From positions 1 through 54,480 of the IMG/VR virus record IMGVR_UViG_3300042923_000175: 54,480 nucleotides of DNA, one strand, 5' to 3'. A program made the position numbers and the translations under genes. Source of the stretch: a virus. Lineage: Duplodnaviria; Caudoviricetes. Position 1 is the first letter of the stretch. Every line of letters begins with the position of its first letter. Under the pieces are notes generated by a model that did no database searches, was not told the DNA's origin, and saw only the letters and a list, made by a program, of their open reading frames with translations. Shown one piece after another: positions 8,551-18,500 of the stretch.

Positions 8551-8725
8551 TTCCTCTCCCCCTAGTTTATTATCTTTTCTTACCCATCCAAACACTCTTA
8601 TATTGAGGTTCCCAATTTTTAGATTCTTTTCCTTTTTTATTTTTAGCGGTAAGTGATACCATTAGCGAATGATATTCTTTATCTAATGTACTTTTATATT
8701 TATCTGGATCCATTATACATTCCTC

Positions 8726-9586
8726 CTATATTGCTAACTCAAATTTTAATTGTGGTCCGTAGCATTCGAAGTCCACTAATTTAAAATCGTCAATTGTAAA
8801 GCTATAGAAATCCGTTTTGTCAGTATCTAGTATAAGTCTAGGCTGTTTATTTTCAGCATATCTATCTAACAATTCTTGAGCCTGCCATTCATGTCTATCA
8901 TACATATGCATATTACAAACATTATAAGTGAATAATCCAGGTTCCAACCCAACTGCTTTAGCCACCATCAAATGAAGAGCAAAATATTGTAATCTATTTA
9001 TACCTTCAGATACTACATAGTCTGATGATCTTTGATTCACAAACACATCAAGATATTTACCACGAACATTCCAAACAGTTTCATATACGCAAGGATTTAA
9101 TCCCTCAGATTCAACAAAGTCTGCTTCCTGATACATATTTATTATATGTCTTCTAGAATACGGTTGGGTCTTAAGCCCATTTAATAATTTATTCATCAAG
9201 TCATATTTTTTAATAGTAGCTCCGTATCTAGTTCCTATATTTCTACCGTGAATAGCTCCATCTCTAACTCCAATAGCACTATTATTTACTTCCCATTCGT
9301 CCCACCATTTAATTCCATATTTACTATTTAATAAATTTAGATCATTACTCTGATCTTGGTAAATCCAGAATATCTCTTTTATGGCACTTTGCCAAGCTAA
9401 AGGTCTATAATTAGTTATAGGGTGTTCATATTTAGATATATCATAAGTGTCACACACATTATTAATAAATCTTGTATGCGCAGGAGTTCCATCTTTATAA
9501 TGTGGCCTTACTAATTGTCCTTCAGTGGTATATTCGGAGTTTAATAAGTCTATAAGGTTTCTTCTATAAATTTTATTAGCTTTATA
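8726..9586 (-). CDS. thyA: Thymidylate synthase
   Basis: EIFW, WWDEW, YG, SRRHII, LNPC (catalytic Cys), QRSSD, N..QY, HMYDRH motifs. Confidence 0.92.
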   Translation of the reverse strand, partial: YKANKIYRRNLIDLLNSEYTTEGQLVRPHYKDGTPAHTRFINNVCDTYDISKYEHPITNYRPLAWQSAIKEIFWIYQDQSNDLNLLNSKYGIKWWDEWEVNNSAIGVRDGAIHGRNIGTRYGATIKKYDLMNKLLNGLKTQPYSRRHIINMYQEADFVESEGLNPCVYETVWNVRGKYLDVFVNQRSSDYVVSEGINRLQYFALHLMVAKAVGLEPGLFTYNVCNMHMYDRHEWQAQELLDRYAENKQPRLILDTDKTDFYSFTIDDFKLVDFECYGPQLKFELAI

Positions 9587-9920
9587 CATTACATAACACA
9601 TCCATTTCTTTATTACTATCTTTAATATATTTTAACAAACAATCATAATCCTTGCATTGATTATCTCCTCTAGCGACATAATCTTCCGCTTCAGGATCTA
9701 AACCAAAACAACCTTTATAACGCATTCCTCTAACATATTTAATTTGTTTAGCTCCAACTGGTATGATTAAACATTTTATAAATAAATTAGGAGTAGTGAT
9801 AGTATTAGCATGGAAGTTCCAACTACATTCCATTCCCTCGTTTTTAAGTATCTCTACAAATATCTGAATTTCTAATCTCTCAGTAAATCGTGCCAATATA
9901 GCATCCACATTTTTACTCAT
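9582..9920 (-). CDS. Hypothetical protein
   Basis: ORF with GGAGGT SD before MSKNV. Confidence 0.7.
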   Translation of the reverse strand: MSKNVDAILARFTERLEIQIFVEILKNEGMECSWNFHANTITTPNLFIKCLIIPVGAKQIKYVRGMRYKGCFGLDPEAEDYVARGDNQCKDYDCLLKYIKDSNKEMDVLCNV

Positions 9921-9921
9921 A

Positions 9922-10437
9922 TTATATACCTCCATTAGCTGTTAATTTATCAAACATTTTCTTTAATATATCTTCTACTGTCATTTTAGTTTTATCACTA
10001 AATTTCATAAAAGGTTTATGTTGATTATACCAATCGAATATCTCAAATGGTTTTCCATCTTTCCAGCCAAAAGACCATAAATCGCAAATCATCTCAATTA
10101 TATAATTAAAATCCATATCTAATATAAGTTCACCTTCATTTGAATCATCATTTATCAATACCCAATATTGCCAATGATGTGGGTTTTTATGAATGTGTCT
10201 CAACCAAGCCTTATTAAAATCTTGTTTAGCATAATACGATTGATCATTTCCATAAAAATAATTATCATATGCATAATATTCATCTTCATCTGATTTAGAT
10301 TTATCATGAGCTACACATATTTGTCTTTCCAAAGAACCACTACCAACAACCTCTGGTAAATTTTCAACCAACCAATAATAACCTTTAGCTACATTAGCCT
10401 TATGTTCCTCTAAATATTTATTATATTCTTTACTCAT
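9922..10437 (-). CDS. HD-like metal-dependent phosphohydrolase (DUF5662-like)
   Basis: H...HDKSK...HIHKNPHHWQYW...EMICD. Confidence 0.65.
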   Translation of the reverse strand: MSKEYNKYLEEHKANVAKGYYWLVENLPEVVGSGSLERQICVAHDKSKSDEDEYYAYDNYFYGNDQSYYAKQDFNKAWLRHIHKNPHHWQYWVLINDDSNEGELILDMDFNYIIEMICDLWSFGWKDGKPFEIFDWYNQHKPFMKFSDKTKMTVEDILKKMFDKLTANGGI

Positions 10438-10856
10438 ATTTTTACACGCTCCTTAAAGTTCCTTCCGCTGCATTCAACACAAGGGTAATAACTTTTATTT
10501 ATATCATAATTTGGCGTATTTAAATTAGGAAAAATTCTAACGCGATGCTTGTCACAATATGGGCGCGTATCATTTTTAAAAGCACAATTATAACAATTAG
10601 CAAATTTATCAACTTCAGCAGAAGTTATTGGTTTCCCTTTGGTATTGTCAGAATCCATTATAAATTCGTTTTTGGTTATTTCATGATAATTTACTGCGTT
10701 TTCTTCATTCTTTCCAACAGGCGCTAATTCACCATATTCATTTTCAGCTATAAGAGAACTTCCATAAAAATGTGTTTCTCCAATACCACAGATATATAAT
10801 TTACTTCCGGTTGTATGCTGATAATATTTTCCTAATTCAAATTTAATTCTATTCAT
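10434..10856 (-). CDS. Hypothetical protein with C-terminal Cys cluster
   Basis: 140 aa, GKYYQH-type N-term; CYNC, CDKH, CVEC. Confidence 0.7.
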   Translation of the reverse strand: MNRIKFELGKYYQHTTGSKLYICGIGETHFYGSSLIAENEYGELAPVGKNEENAVNYHEITKNEFIMDSDNTKGKPITSAEVDKFANCYNCAFKNDTRPYCDKHRVRIFPNLNTPNYDINKSYYPCVECSGRNFKERVKI

Positions 10857-10858
10857 AT

Positions 10859-11056
10859 TTATACACTCCTCTTAAATACATTTATTAAATCTTTTTCTGA
10901 ATATATTCCTGGTATTTCCATAGATACTTCTATATGATCTCCGTCAGCTACAACATCAACTATTCCACCTATCCTATTTCCGTCACGGTCTTTAACTGGT
11001 TTACCAAGGTATTGTGATACATCTCCTAAATTTGGTAATATAGTTTTAATTATCAT
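10859..11056 (-). CDS. Hypothetical protein, PRC-barrel-like
   Basis: LGKPVKDRDGNRIGGIVDV. Confidence 0.6.
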   Translation of the reverse strand: MIIKTILPNLGDVSQYLGKPVKDRDGNRIGGIVDVVADGDHIEVSMEIPGIYSEKDLINVFKRSV

Positions 11057-11156
11057 ACATATCTCTCCTCATCATTATAATAATCATACGTAAAGCTCAT
11101 AGCACTTGGTGAATGAACCTTGAATAATCTCATTATTAATAATCTTAACCCCTTCA

Positions 11157-11300
11157 TTATTTAGCCTCCCAAACTTCATCATTTATAATATTAACATAAT
11201 ACTCTTTGTCAAATATTATGATTATGTCACCATCAATGTCTAAACCTTTATTTTCTTGTCTAGCTCTCTTTATTATTAAGTCCTTAAGTTTTGCGTTCAT
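11157..11300 (-). CDS. 47 aa hypothetical (not in ORF track)
   Basis: AGGGGT SD; MNAKLKDLIIKRARQENKGLDIDGD... Confidence 0.55.
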   Translation of the reverse strand: MNAKLKDLIIKRARQENKGLDIDGDIIIIFDKEYYVNIINDEVWEAK

Positions 11301-11317
11301 GTGGTATACCCCTATAT

Positions 11318-11348
11318 AAAAAGTACGAGTCATTGTAAGACCCGCACT
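11318..11348 (-). terminator. Cassette terminator
   Basis: AGTGCGGGTC-TTACAAT-GACTCGTACT-TTTT. Confidence 0.75.
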
Positions 11349-11356
11349 AGTAATTA

Positions 11357-11533
11357 TTATTTGAATATTATATGTTGAAAAGTATCAATAACACCTCTGT
11401 TATAAGATTCACTAACGACCTTCTCAGTTTGTTTAATGCCCGCAACATATCCTAATAGATATATAGCAACCCCTAACGAACCTATAGTCCATAAGCTTCT
11501 CTTATTATCTTGATTTATTTCTTTTTCTTCCAT
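11357..11533 (-). CDS. Small single-TM protein
   Basis: AGGAGTG SD; LWTIGSLGVAIYLLGYVAG. Confidence 0.7.
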   Translation of the reverse strand: MEEKEINQDNKRSLWTIGSLGVAIYLLGYVAGIKQTEKVVSESYNRGVIDTFQHIIFK

Positions 11534-11555
11534 ATTTATCACTCCTATAATATTT

Positions 11556-11582
11556 CTCATAAGAGTGCTTGTAATTTTGGTT
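11556..11582 (-). promoter_or_regulatory. Phage promoter motif copy 5 (lacks CGC)
   Basis: TACA-N5-TCTTATGAG at exact spacing. Confidence 0.55.
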
Positions 11583-11584
11583 TT

Positions 11585-11752
11585 CTAAAATATAGTTTTT
11601 ATAACACTCCATCCTTCATTAGGATTTCTTATATTACCAAATACACTAACTCTTTCTTTAGTGAAATCTGAAATCTCATTTTTACAAGCGTCAAATATAT
11701 TACAAGCCTCAGCTCTAGTACCGTTTTTTAATATTATAATTCTCTTTTTCAT
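11585..11752 (-). CDS. 55 aa hypothetical (not in ORF track)
   Basis: GAGGGTG SD; MKKRIIILKNGTRAEACNIF... Confidence 0.5.
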   Translation of the reverse strand: MKKRIIILKNGTRAEACNIFDACKNEISDFTKERVSVFGNIRNPNEGWSVIKTIF

Positions 11753-11770
11753 TCTCAACACCCTCTCATA

Positions 11771-11992
11771 TTATTTTGTTTTTCTAGTCTGTTCGGATAA
11801 TAAATTGTCAATATATAGGTCTTTACACCCCTCACAGCAAAAATTCCATTCAATGATTTTCTTCTTACGAGTTATTGCTTTCTTAACCACTGGAATATAA
11901 GTATAAACACCACAATATTCGCATCTATATAATCGATCATCAATCTGTAGTAATTCCTTAATTTTATTTTTTATTAACCACCATGGCATCAT
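11771..11992 (-). CDS. Zinc-finger (TRASH/MYM-like) protein
   Basis: CEYC...FCCEGC. Confidence 0.65.
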   Translation of the reverse strand: MMPWWLIKNKIKELLQIDDRLYRCEYCGVYTYIPVVKKAITRKKKIIEWNFCCEGCKDLYIDNLLSEQTRKTK

Positions 11993-12147
11993 CTCACCTT
12001 CTCTTCGAAATTTATCGGTTTATGTGAATCTATATTTGCTGGAGTAGTAAGACACTCATTACAAGGATCTTCAGTCTCTGCAGTTTTAGAGTTTTTACAT
12101 AATGGACAATATTTATCGAAACATACAAATTTAGTATCCGTCTGCAT
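11989..12147 (-). CDS. 52 aa Cys-rich protein (not in ORF track)
   Basis: MQTDTKFVCFDKYCPLCK...DPCNECL...SHKP; GGAGGGG SD. Confidence 0.7.
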   Translation of the reverse strand: MQTDTKFVCFDKYCPLCKNSKTAETEDPCNECLTTPANIDSHKPINFEEKVR

Positions 12148-12633
12148 TTATATTTTCCCCTCCTTTGCCTTCCAACCTACAATTTTAATACTTGGAGTGG
12201 AAGATGAGTATGAAGGAATGTTAGATAACACTATCCACAACCCGTCTTTATACACTGCCTCATATTCGCCACTTGTGGTTCCGCTAAATTTATAGGTTTC
12301 TATCTTAACTATACATCTCTGTCCTTGATATGGCTTTTTAACATTTGGATCAGCCCAATCAGTTACTACATCATTTTTAAATATGTCATTAATATACGAA
12401 CTAAACTCCGTTCTTAAAATTTCTGTATTTACATCTGAAAAGCCTGATTTACCATCACTGCTAAAAGAATATTTGAATTCTCTTTTGTGTATAATATTAG
12501 TTTCATAATACACAACTTTAATATATAATATTTGATATTCAACCCCATATTCTATTTTAGATAATACAATTTTATCGGTGTCGACTAATTTTTCTTTAAT
12601 AATATTATTGGTAATTTCAATAAATTTATTCAT
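12148..12633 (-). CDS. Hypothetical protein with C-terminal DUF551-like domain
   Basis: W....KP..GQRCIV...Y....W...IVGW. Confidence 0.65.
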   Translation of the reverse strand: MNKFIEITNNIIKEKLVDTDKIVLSKIEYGVEYQILYIKVVYYETNIIHKREFKYSFSSDGKSGFSDVNTEILRTEFSSYINDIFKNDVVTDWADPNVKKPYQGQRCIVKIETYKFSGTTSGEYEAVYKDGLWIVLSNIPSYSSSTPSIKIVGWKAKEGKI

Positions 12634-12830
12634 AACAACCCAGCTCCTTAAATAGTTATAAGATCTCTTTCTTGATTTACTGTAGCTACCAAAGACCCAT
12701 CATATCCATATAAATTAACCTCGATTTCATCAACTTCTTCTACTTGAGTTATATCCTCATAAGTCATGATTTCGTAGGTATCATTATTTTTTACAGTTAC
12801 TGTCATAATTCATCATCCTTTCTAAAAAGT

Positions 12831-12860
12831 AAAAGGAAAGAGTCCTTGTAAGACTCTCTA
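12831..12860 (-). terminator. Cassette terminator
   Basis: GAGAGTC-TTACAAG-GACTCTT-TCCTTTT. Confidence 0.7.
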
Positions 12861-13091
12861 CTTCATTTCGGCTTTAATACCAACAAATGTTAATAAGTTT
12901 AAATGTTCTTTGAATTTCTTTAAACAACCTTTTCTTGTAACAAATTTCACTTCAACTACTTCATTGTCAATTCCATTTATCATAACCGGTTCTTCCGATT
13001 CTTTATATGTCTCTGCCAACTTAGCAATCTTAAAATGATCCTCATTCTTAAATCTAGTTATTACTGTTATTTCAATGTTTTTATTAAACAT
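12858..13091 (-). CDS. Hypothetical protein
   Basis: AGGAGTG SD before ATG 13091. Confidence 0.7.
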   Translation of the reverse strand: MFNKNIEITVITRFKNEDHFKIAKLAETYKESEEPVMINGIDNEVVEVKFVTRKGCLKKFKEHLNLLTFVGIKAEMK

Positions 13092-13115
13092 AATAATCAC
13101 TCCTAATATTTATTT

Positions 13116-13142
13116 CTCATAATAGGAGTTGTAATTTTAGCG
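13116..13142 (-). promoter_or_regulatory. Phage promoter motif copy 6
   Basis: CGC-N6-TACA-N5-TATTATGAG. Confidence 0.7.
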
Positions 13143-13149
13143 TAATTGC

Positions 13150-13425
13150 TTATATAGGACGCCAATGGGTTACTTTAGATTTTAAAAAACCCGCCGGTAA
13201 ATCAGTATTATGTATAATCCACATACTAATGTCCTTAGCAAATACTCCATTCACATACCACTTGTTATTTATTTTTTCTAAGTCATCACCAAGTATAGAC
13301 ACAAATGTAAATTCTATTATTAATTCGCATTTCTGTTTATCTTCAGGTAATTCATTATCAATATTAAACCATCCCATATGATTTTCTATTTGTTTGTCGG
13401 ACAATGTCATGCTATCGAATATCAT
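13150..13425 (-). CDS. DUF551-like protein
   Basis: WFNIDNELPE...KVTHWRPI. Confidence 0.65.
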   Translation of the reverse strand: MIFDSMTLSDKQIENHMGWFNIDNELPEDKQKCELIIEFTFVSILGDDLEKINNKWYVNGVFAKDISMWIIHNTDLPAGFLKSKVTHWRPI

Positions 13426-13440
13426 TATTAATCCTTCTTT

Positions 13441-14682
13441 CTATTTAAATTTTGAAGCATATTTACCTTCGTTAAAATTCTTCTTTTCGTATAATGCTCT
13501 TGATATTGCCATATCAATTTTCGATTTACTCTTTAGGTGATAGTAATATAAATCCTTAAATGGCGTATTCAGTCTATCTATTCGGCCTCTAGCCTGTTCT
13601 AGTATCTTATAAGAATAGTTTTGAGAGTAGAATATTATAGCGTCCGTTTTAATACAATTCCATCCTTCAGCTCCAGCATTATATTGTACTAAATATATCC
13701 ATTCTGGAGTTTCTGGGATCGGCTGATGTTTATGACCATTCCATTCTGCAAGTTCAAAAGTAGGGGTTCCGTCATGTCTAAAATGCTCTAATTGACTAAG
13801 CGAATATAAGATGTCTAATTCATAATCAAAATTATAAAATATAATAATCCTTTTATGTTTATGATAAATGTCTATAATATTATTTAATCTGCTTAAATCA
13901 CTATTAACAACTTTTCTTTCTGTATAGCATAGTTCTGCTGCATTTATTATAGGTTCATCTTTATATGGATTCCATCTATTTTTTCTAACATCTGTATATT
14001 TAACTCTAGGATAATCACACCACACATCTATATGATGGGATATAGTTTTACGTTTAAAGTCCATGTCTACTAATATTTTATTTCTTAATCTAATAAGTCT
14101 ATTTGTATTTATATACCTGTCTATTTGAGGAAACTTACTAAAACGTTTATATACTATATGTTCATCATTAAATTGTGTTCTATTTTTATAGAATCCGTTA
14201 GCAATAAACGCAGGAATATAATCAGACCAAGAATCTCCAGGTGTTGCCGATAGTAATATCCATTTGTTAATCTTTGCTATTTTTAGAAATGCTTTAACCC
14301 AGGACCCACTTCCTATAACTCTTTGTTCGTCGAATATAAAGAATGCGTTTTTAACATTCTCATATTTTTTTATGTTGTTCCAACTATCGATAACTATTTT
14401 TTGTTTCTTATATAAACTATATTCAGGTTTACTAGCCATTCTCCAAATAGGTAGTTCTCCATCCCATTCAAGAGTATCTCTTTTTCTAGCTGTTGTTATT
14501 ATATATAAGTCACAAGGCGATTTCATTTTTATTGGTTTATCAGAATATAGATCAGCCCCATTTTCTTTACAAAAATATGCAAGAGAGGTTCTAGATTTAC
14601 CAGAACCAACCCCTCCACATAATATACAACCATTTGACATTTTAGATACTGCATCTAATTGGTAGTCATATAATAGTTTCAC
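13441..14682 (-). CDS. SF2 (SNF2-like) DNA helicase
   Basis: LYDYQ, GVGSGKS, FDEQ, LLSATP, GAEGWN, QARGRIDR. Confidence 0.9.
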   Translation of the reverse strand: MKLLYDYQLDAVSKMSNGCILCGGVGSGKSRTSLAYFCKENGADLYSDKPIKMKSPCDLYIITTARKRDTLEWDGELPIWRMASKPEYSLYKKQKIVIDSWNNIKKYENVKNAFFIFDEQRVIGSGSWVKAFLKIAKINKWILLSATPGDSWSDYIPAFIANGFYKNRTQFNDEHIVYKRFSKFPQIDRYINTNRLIRLRNKILVDMDFKRKTISHHIDVWCDYPRVKYTDVRKNRWNPYKDEPIINAAELCYTERKVVNSDLSRLNNIIDIYHKHKRIIIFYNFDYELDILYSLSQLEHFRHDGTPTFELAEWNGHKHQPIPETPEWIYLVQYNAGAEGWNCIKTDAIIFYSQNYSYKILEQARGRIDRLNTPFKDLYYYHLKSKSKIDMAISRALYEKKNFNEGKYASKFK

Positions 14683-14851
14683 TTTAAATCCTTCTTAAAA
14701 TAATAATCGTCAGTTATCTGTTCAAAATATTTAGATGGATCACCATAGTATTCAAATATTTTATTTAAGGCATCTTTCTTTTCTTGTACTGGAGGACTTA
14801 ATGAAGTTGTAATTGTAATAGATTCTATTTTTTCTTTATCTACCAACATTA

Positions 14852-15343
14852 TCATCTCCTATAACTAAAAGCTTCTACAGGCTCATCATCATAACCATCA
14901 TTATATTTTCTAGCTAGATCATCTTCAACTATAGTTACATATATATTTTTTAAATACGCTTTTCTACCGCTTTTGCCGTTTACTTCCCAATCATAAGGTC
15001 TAATAGTTAAATCGATATTTGCTATTTCCACATAATCTAATGTATCTATACTTTCATCATCTAATTCGACTATATTTCTTTTAGTGACCATGTTAACCCT
15101 AGGTGGATTACCACTATTCATATTAACTGTTACTGGTAAATAATGAACAACCCCCTCATCTTCGTCTCTAGGCTTTAAAGCTTTAATATTCCATCCATCC
15201 TCAATTAATTGCACAGCAAAGTCTGGATCATCTATGACTACAGAAAAGTTTCTATTTCCTTCTTTATTGAATTTGTCTCCAACTCCTGAAAAGTTCCTAA
15301 ATATAATTCTCGCATTTTCTATTATAATATTTTGATTTTTCAT
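14852..15343 (-). CDS. Single-stranded DNA-binding protein (gp2.5-like OB fold)
   Basis: ARIIFRNFSG, acidic C-terminus, position between polymerase and helicase. Confidence 0.7.
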   Translation of the reverse strand: MKNQNIIIENARIIFRNFSGVGDKFNKEGNRNFSVVIDDPDFAVQLIEDGWNIKALKPRDEDEGVVHYLPVTVNMNSGNPPRVNMVTKRNIVELDDESIDTLDYVEIANIDLTIRPYDWEVNGKSGRKAYLKNIYVTIVEDDLARKYNDGYDDEPVEAFSYRR

Positions 15344-15553
15344 TATTATCTCCACCTTTTATTTATTTTTTATTTTCTTCTATCCCCTAATTGGGCTTCT
15401 ATCGATTCTATTTGTTTAGTTAAAACACTCTCTTTTGTATTAATTTCCATAGTAGTGATCCTACGTTGGATTCTAACCTCATCTAATTCCAACTTTAATG
15501 AATATAACTGTGATTTTAGATAATCTTCATCTGATTTCATATAATCAATCCTC

Positions 15554-18500
15554 CTAATTTACAAACTGCTCAAAGTCGCCATATTTTTCAATAGTCTTTA
15601 TAGCATCGTTAACTAATTCATTGTATACTGTTCTGTCTATATATTCTTCTCTATTAAGTTCTTTAACCATATCTGATTCTAACCAATAGTAACCTTTGGT
15701 ACCATTAACAAACCCATATTTCTTATCCCCAGATTTTTTGTCTACTGCTTCCCTTAATAAATTTCCACCATATCCTTTTTTCATAGGACAGAATGAACCA
15801 ACCTTACCTATAAATTGCATATCTTCTGCAGTGACTTGTTCGTTAGGAATGTCAGTATTCATATTTAAATACATACATGAACTTACCGATTTAGTTTCGC
15901 ATAGGTCTTTAAATTCTATTGGTTCTTTACTAAATAGTTTCTTAAATACGTATGGAACTTGAAATTGAGTTCCTGTAGCAGTCCAATCTCCTCCATGATC
16001 ATTACAATCCCCTGGTACATAACCATATAATTCCTTACATTTTTCTGGTGTAGCGTATTTAGCTATATATACAGCATCGTTAACTAAACACATCTTTTCA
16101 TAAGTAGCTTCGTGTTCAAAAGTATAACCATATTTTTTACCAAATTTCATTACATAGTCAATTATTTCAGGAGTAGCATTAGGTATCTTTATAGAATCAG
16201 TTTTAATATGTGCAACTGTAAAACCAAGCGACTCCACTTCTTTCATTAAGTCTATCATAAATAATGCTCCACGTTTAGCAACAATATTATCTTTATTTCT
16301 AACATCTCTAAATGGGTTTTCAAACTGTGCTGATGTCAAACCGTATCCTGAATTTATAGGTGTCTTTAATGCATTTCCTAAGGCTTTAGTTGAGTAAGTT
16401 CCTTCTTTTAGAACCTCAAATAATAAACCATCTAGTAAAGTTTTGATTGTATCAGTATCGTTATGCTTTATAGCTATTCTAGAATTTACAAGGTCCATAA
16501 ATCGTTTAGTAAATTTAGGACCGAATAGGCACTCTGATATCATTGAATGCGGATGCATTGATGCAACATCAAGTAACGCAACGTTAACATGTATTCCCTG
16601 CTTAGCTTTTACGTATCCTCCTTCCCCTACTTCTTCTCCTCTGTAAGTGGACTTACCAAATTCGAACTTATATCCGGGAAAGAAAGGTAATACTGATTTT
16701 TCACCGTTCCAAGCTGTAAACTTAAGCGGTAAAATATTATTTTCTTTTATGAAATCGTACATATGTTTATTAATACTATCGAAAGGTATATTTTTAACAT
16801 CGTTCCAAAAGTCAATCTCATCAGGAATCCAATTTGCATCACCATTAAATTTAGTCATACATTCATGCGGAAAATATACGGCTTTTGACATATCTCGATA
16901 ATTAAATTCATCTTGAGGTTTTTTATTTTTACCAAATACTATTCTAGTAGATAAAGTGTTTGTAGTATCATTTACAGACATTCCTGCCATCTTAGCTAAT
17001 ATTTTTCTAGCGGTCCAGTCATTTTCTAGATAATCAAAAGTAGCCTCAGTTGCTAATACGTCATCGTCACAATACTCTGCTACCATTAACCATTTCTCTT
17101 TTGGTACTGGTTGATCCCATGGTAAACCTAACTCATGATGCTTTAATCCTAATTGTATTTCATATTTCTTTAATGATTGTTTATTAGGAGCAGATGCAAA
17201 GTCATACACATCAGTATATGATAAGTTATAAGCCTCTCCAAAGAATGCATGTTTATCACCAGATATAATTCTTTGTGATAGCTTGTACAATTGTTCATTG
17301 TTATACCCCATCAAACATCCATATAACATATGATTATCATATCTACGACAATTAAAACCAACAAGATTGAATTTTAATAATTCCTCTATTTCTGCAGATT
17401 TAGGGTTTATCATTCTAACTACAGGTTTTCCTTCCCCTCTAATCTTCCAATTTATTAAGAACAGATTTGGGAATACTTCAACATCAAAGAATATAATTTC
17501 ATCCTTCTTGCTAGGCACTGAGTCACTGACCTCTGCTGATTTGAAACTCATTTTATTTACTAACTTAATACAATAATCTGCTTGATGAGTACTGTTAGCG
17601 GCAAATGCCAATATCGAATTTCTCATATCTGTAACATCGTATCCAAAGCCAGCTTTATTAGCATCCTCCAAAATTTTATATATAAAATCTACACTAGGTT
17701 TTGTGCCTTGATGTATTTCCTTGTTTAAATTTTTCTTGATCATTATTCGTAGCATTTTTTCGTTTTTTATAATATTATTATCTATCATATTATCCCCTTT
17801 CTTTAATGGTAGTCCAGAACTTATTTCACTTATAGGAAGATTATTACATTTTGTCAACTTTCTTCTAAGTGATGAATTACCATTATAAACCTTAACTTCA
17901 ACATGTTCATCGTACACCCTACTTAATTTGTTAACATCTCCAGTATAAATATAATGAAGATGTATTCCTGCTCCACTCTTACTTAGTTCTGAATAAGTCT
18001 TTGGCCATTTACTAGCCGCTTCTAAATTCAATTCAAATGATTTGTTACCATTTTTATCTGGTATATCAAAATCTATTACAATATGATTTAATGGCACTTT
18101 CACATAATGCAATTTTTTAGTGTTTATCTGACTTAATTTGGTTCTAACATTATCCCATTTATATGACGGTTTCTCATCTTCAGTAGCTAATTGGGCTTTA
18201 CACTCAGATAAATCAGAGTCTAATATAGACTTTATATTATCCTTAAAATCTATTTGGTATTCTGTGATTATTTTATCTGGTATATCATCATGTTTGTTTT
18301 CTAAAAATATATCTTTTTTAAAGCCAACATATACGTTTCTAACTCTTGTTCCGTCTATAGCGTCCCTTTCTCTAAATTCATTAAAATAGTTTCTAAGTTC
18401 TTCTTTAAATGCTCTCTGAGATAAAGGATATTGTATATTAGAATCAGCACAATAATTTTTATACATCTCCCAACTAGCTTTTAATGTAGTAGAATTATCT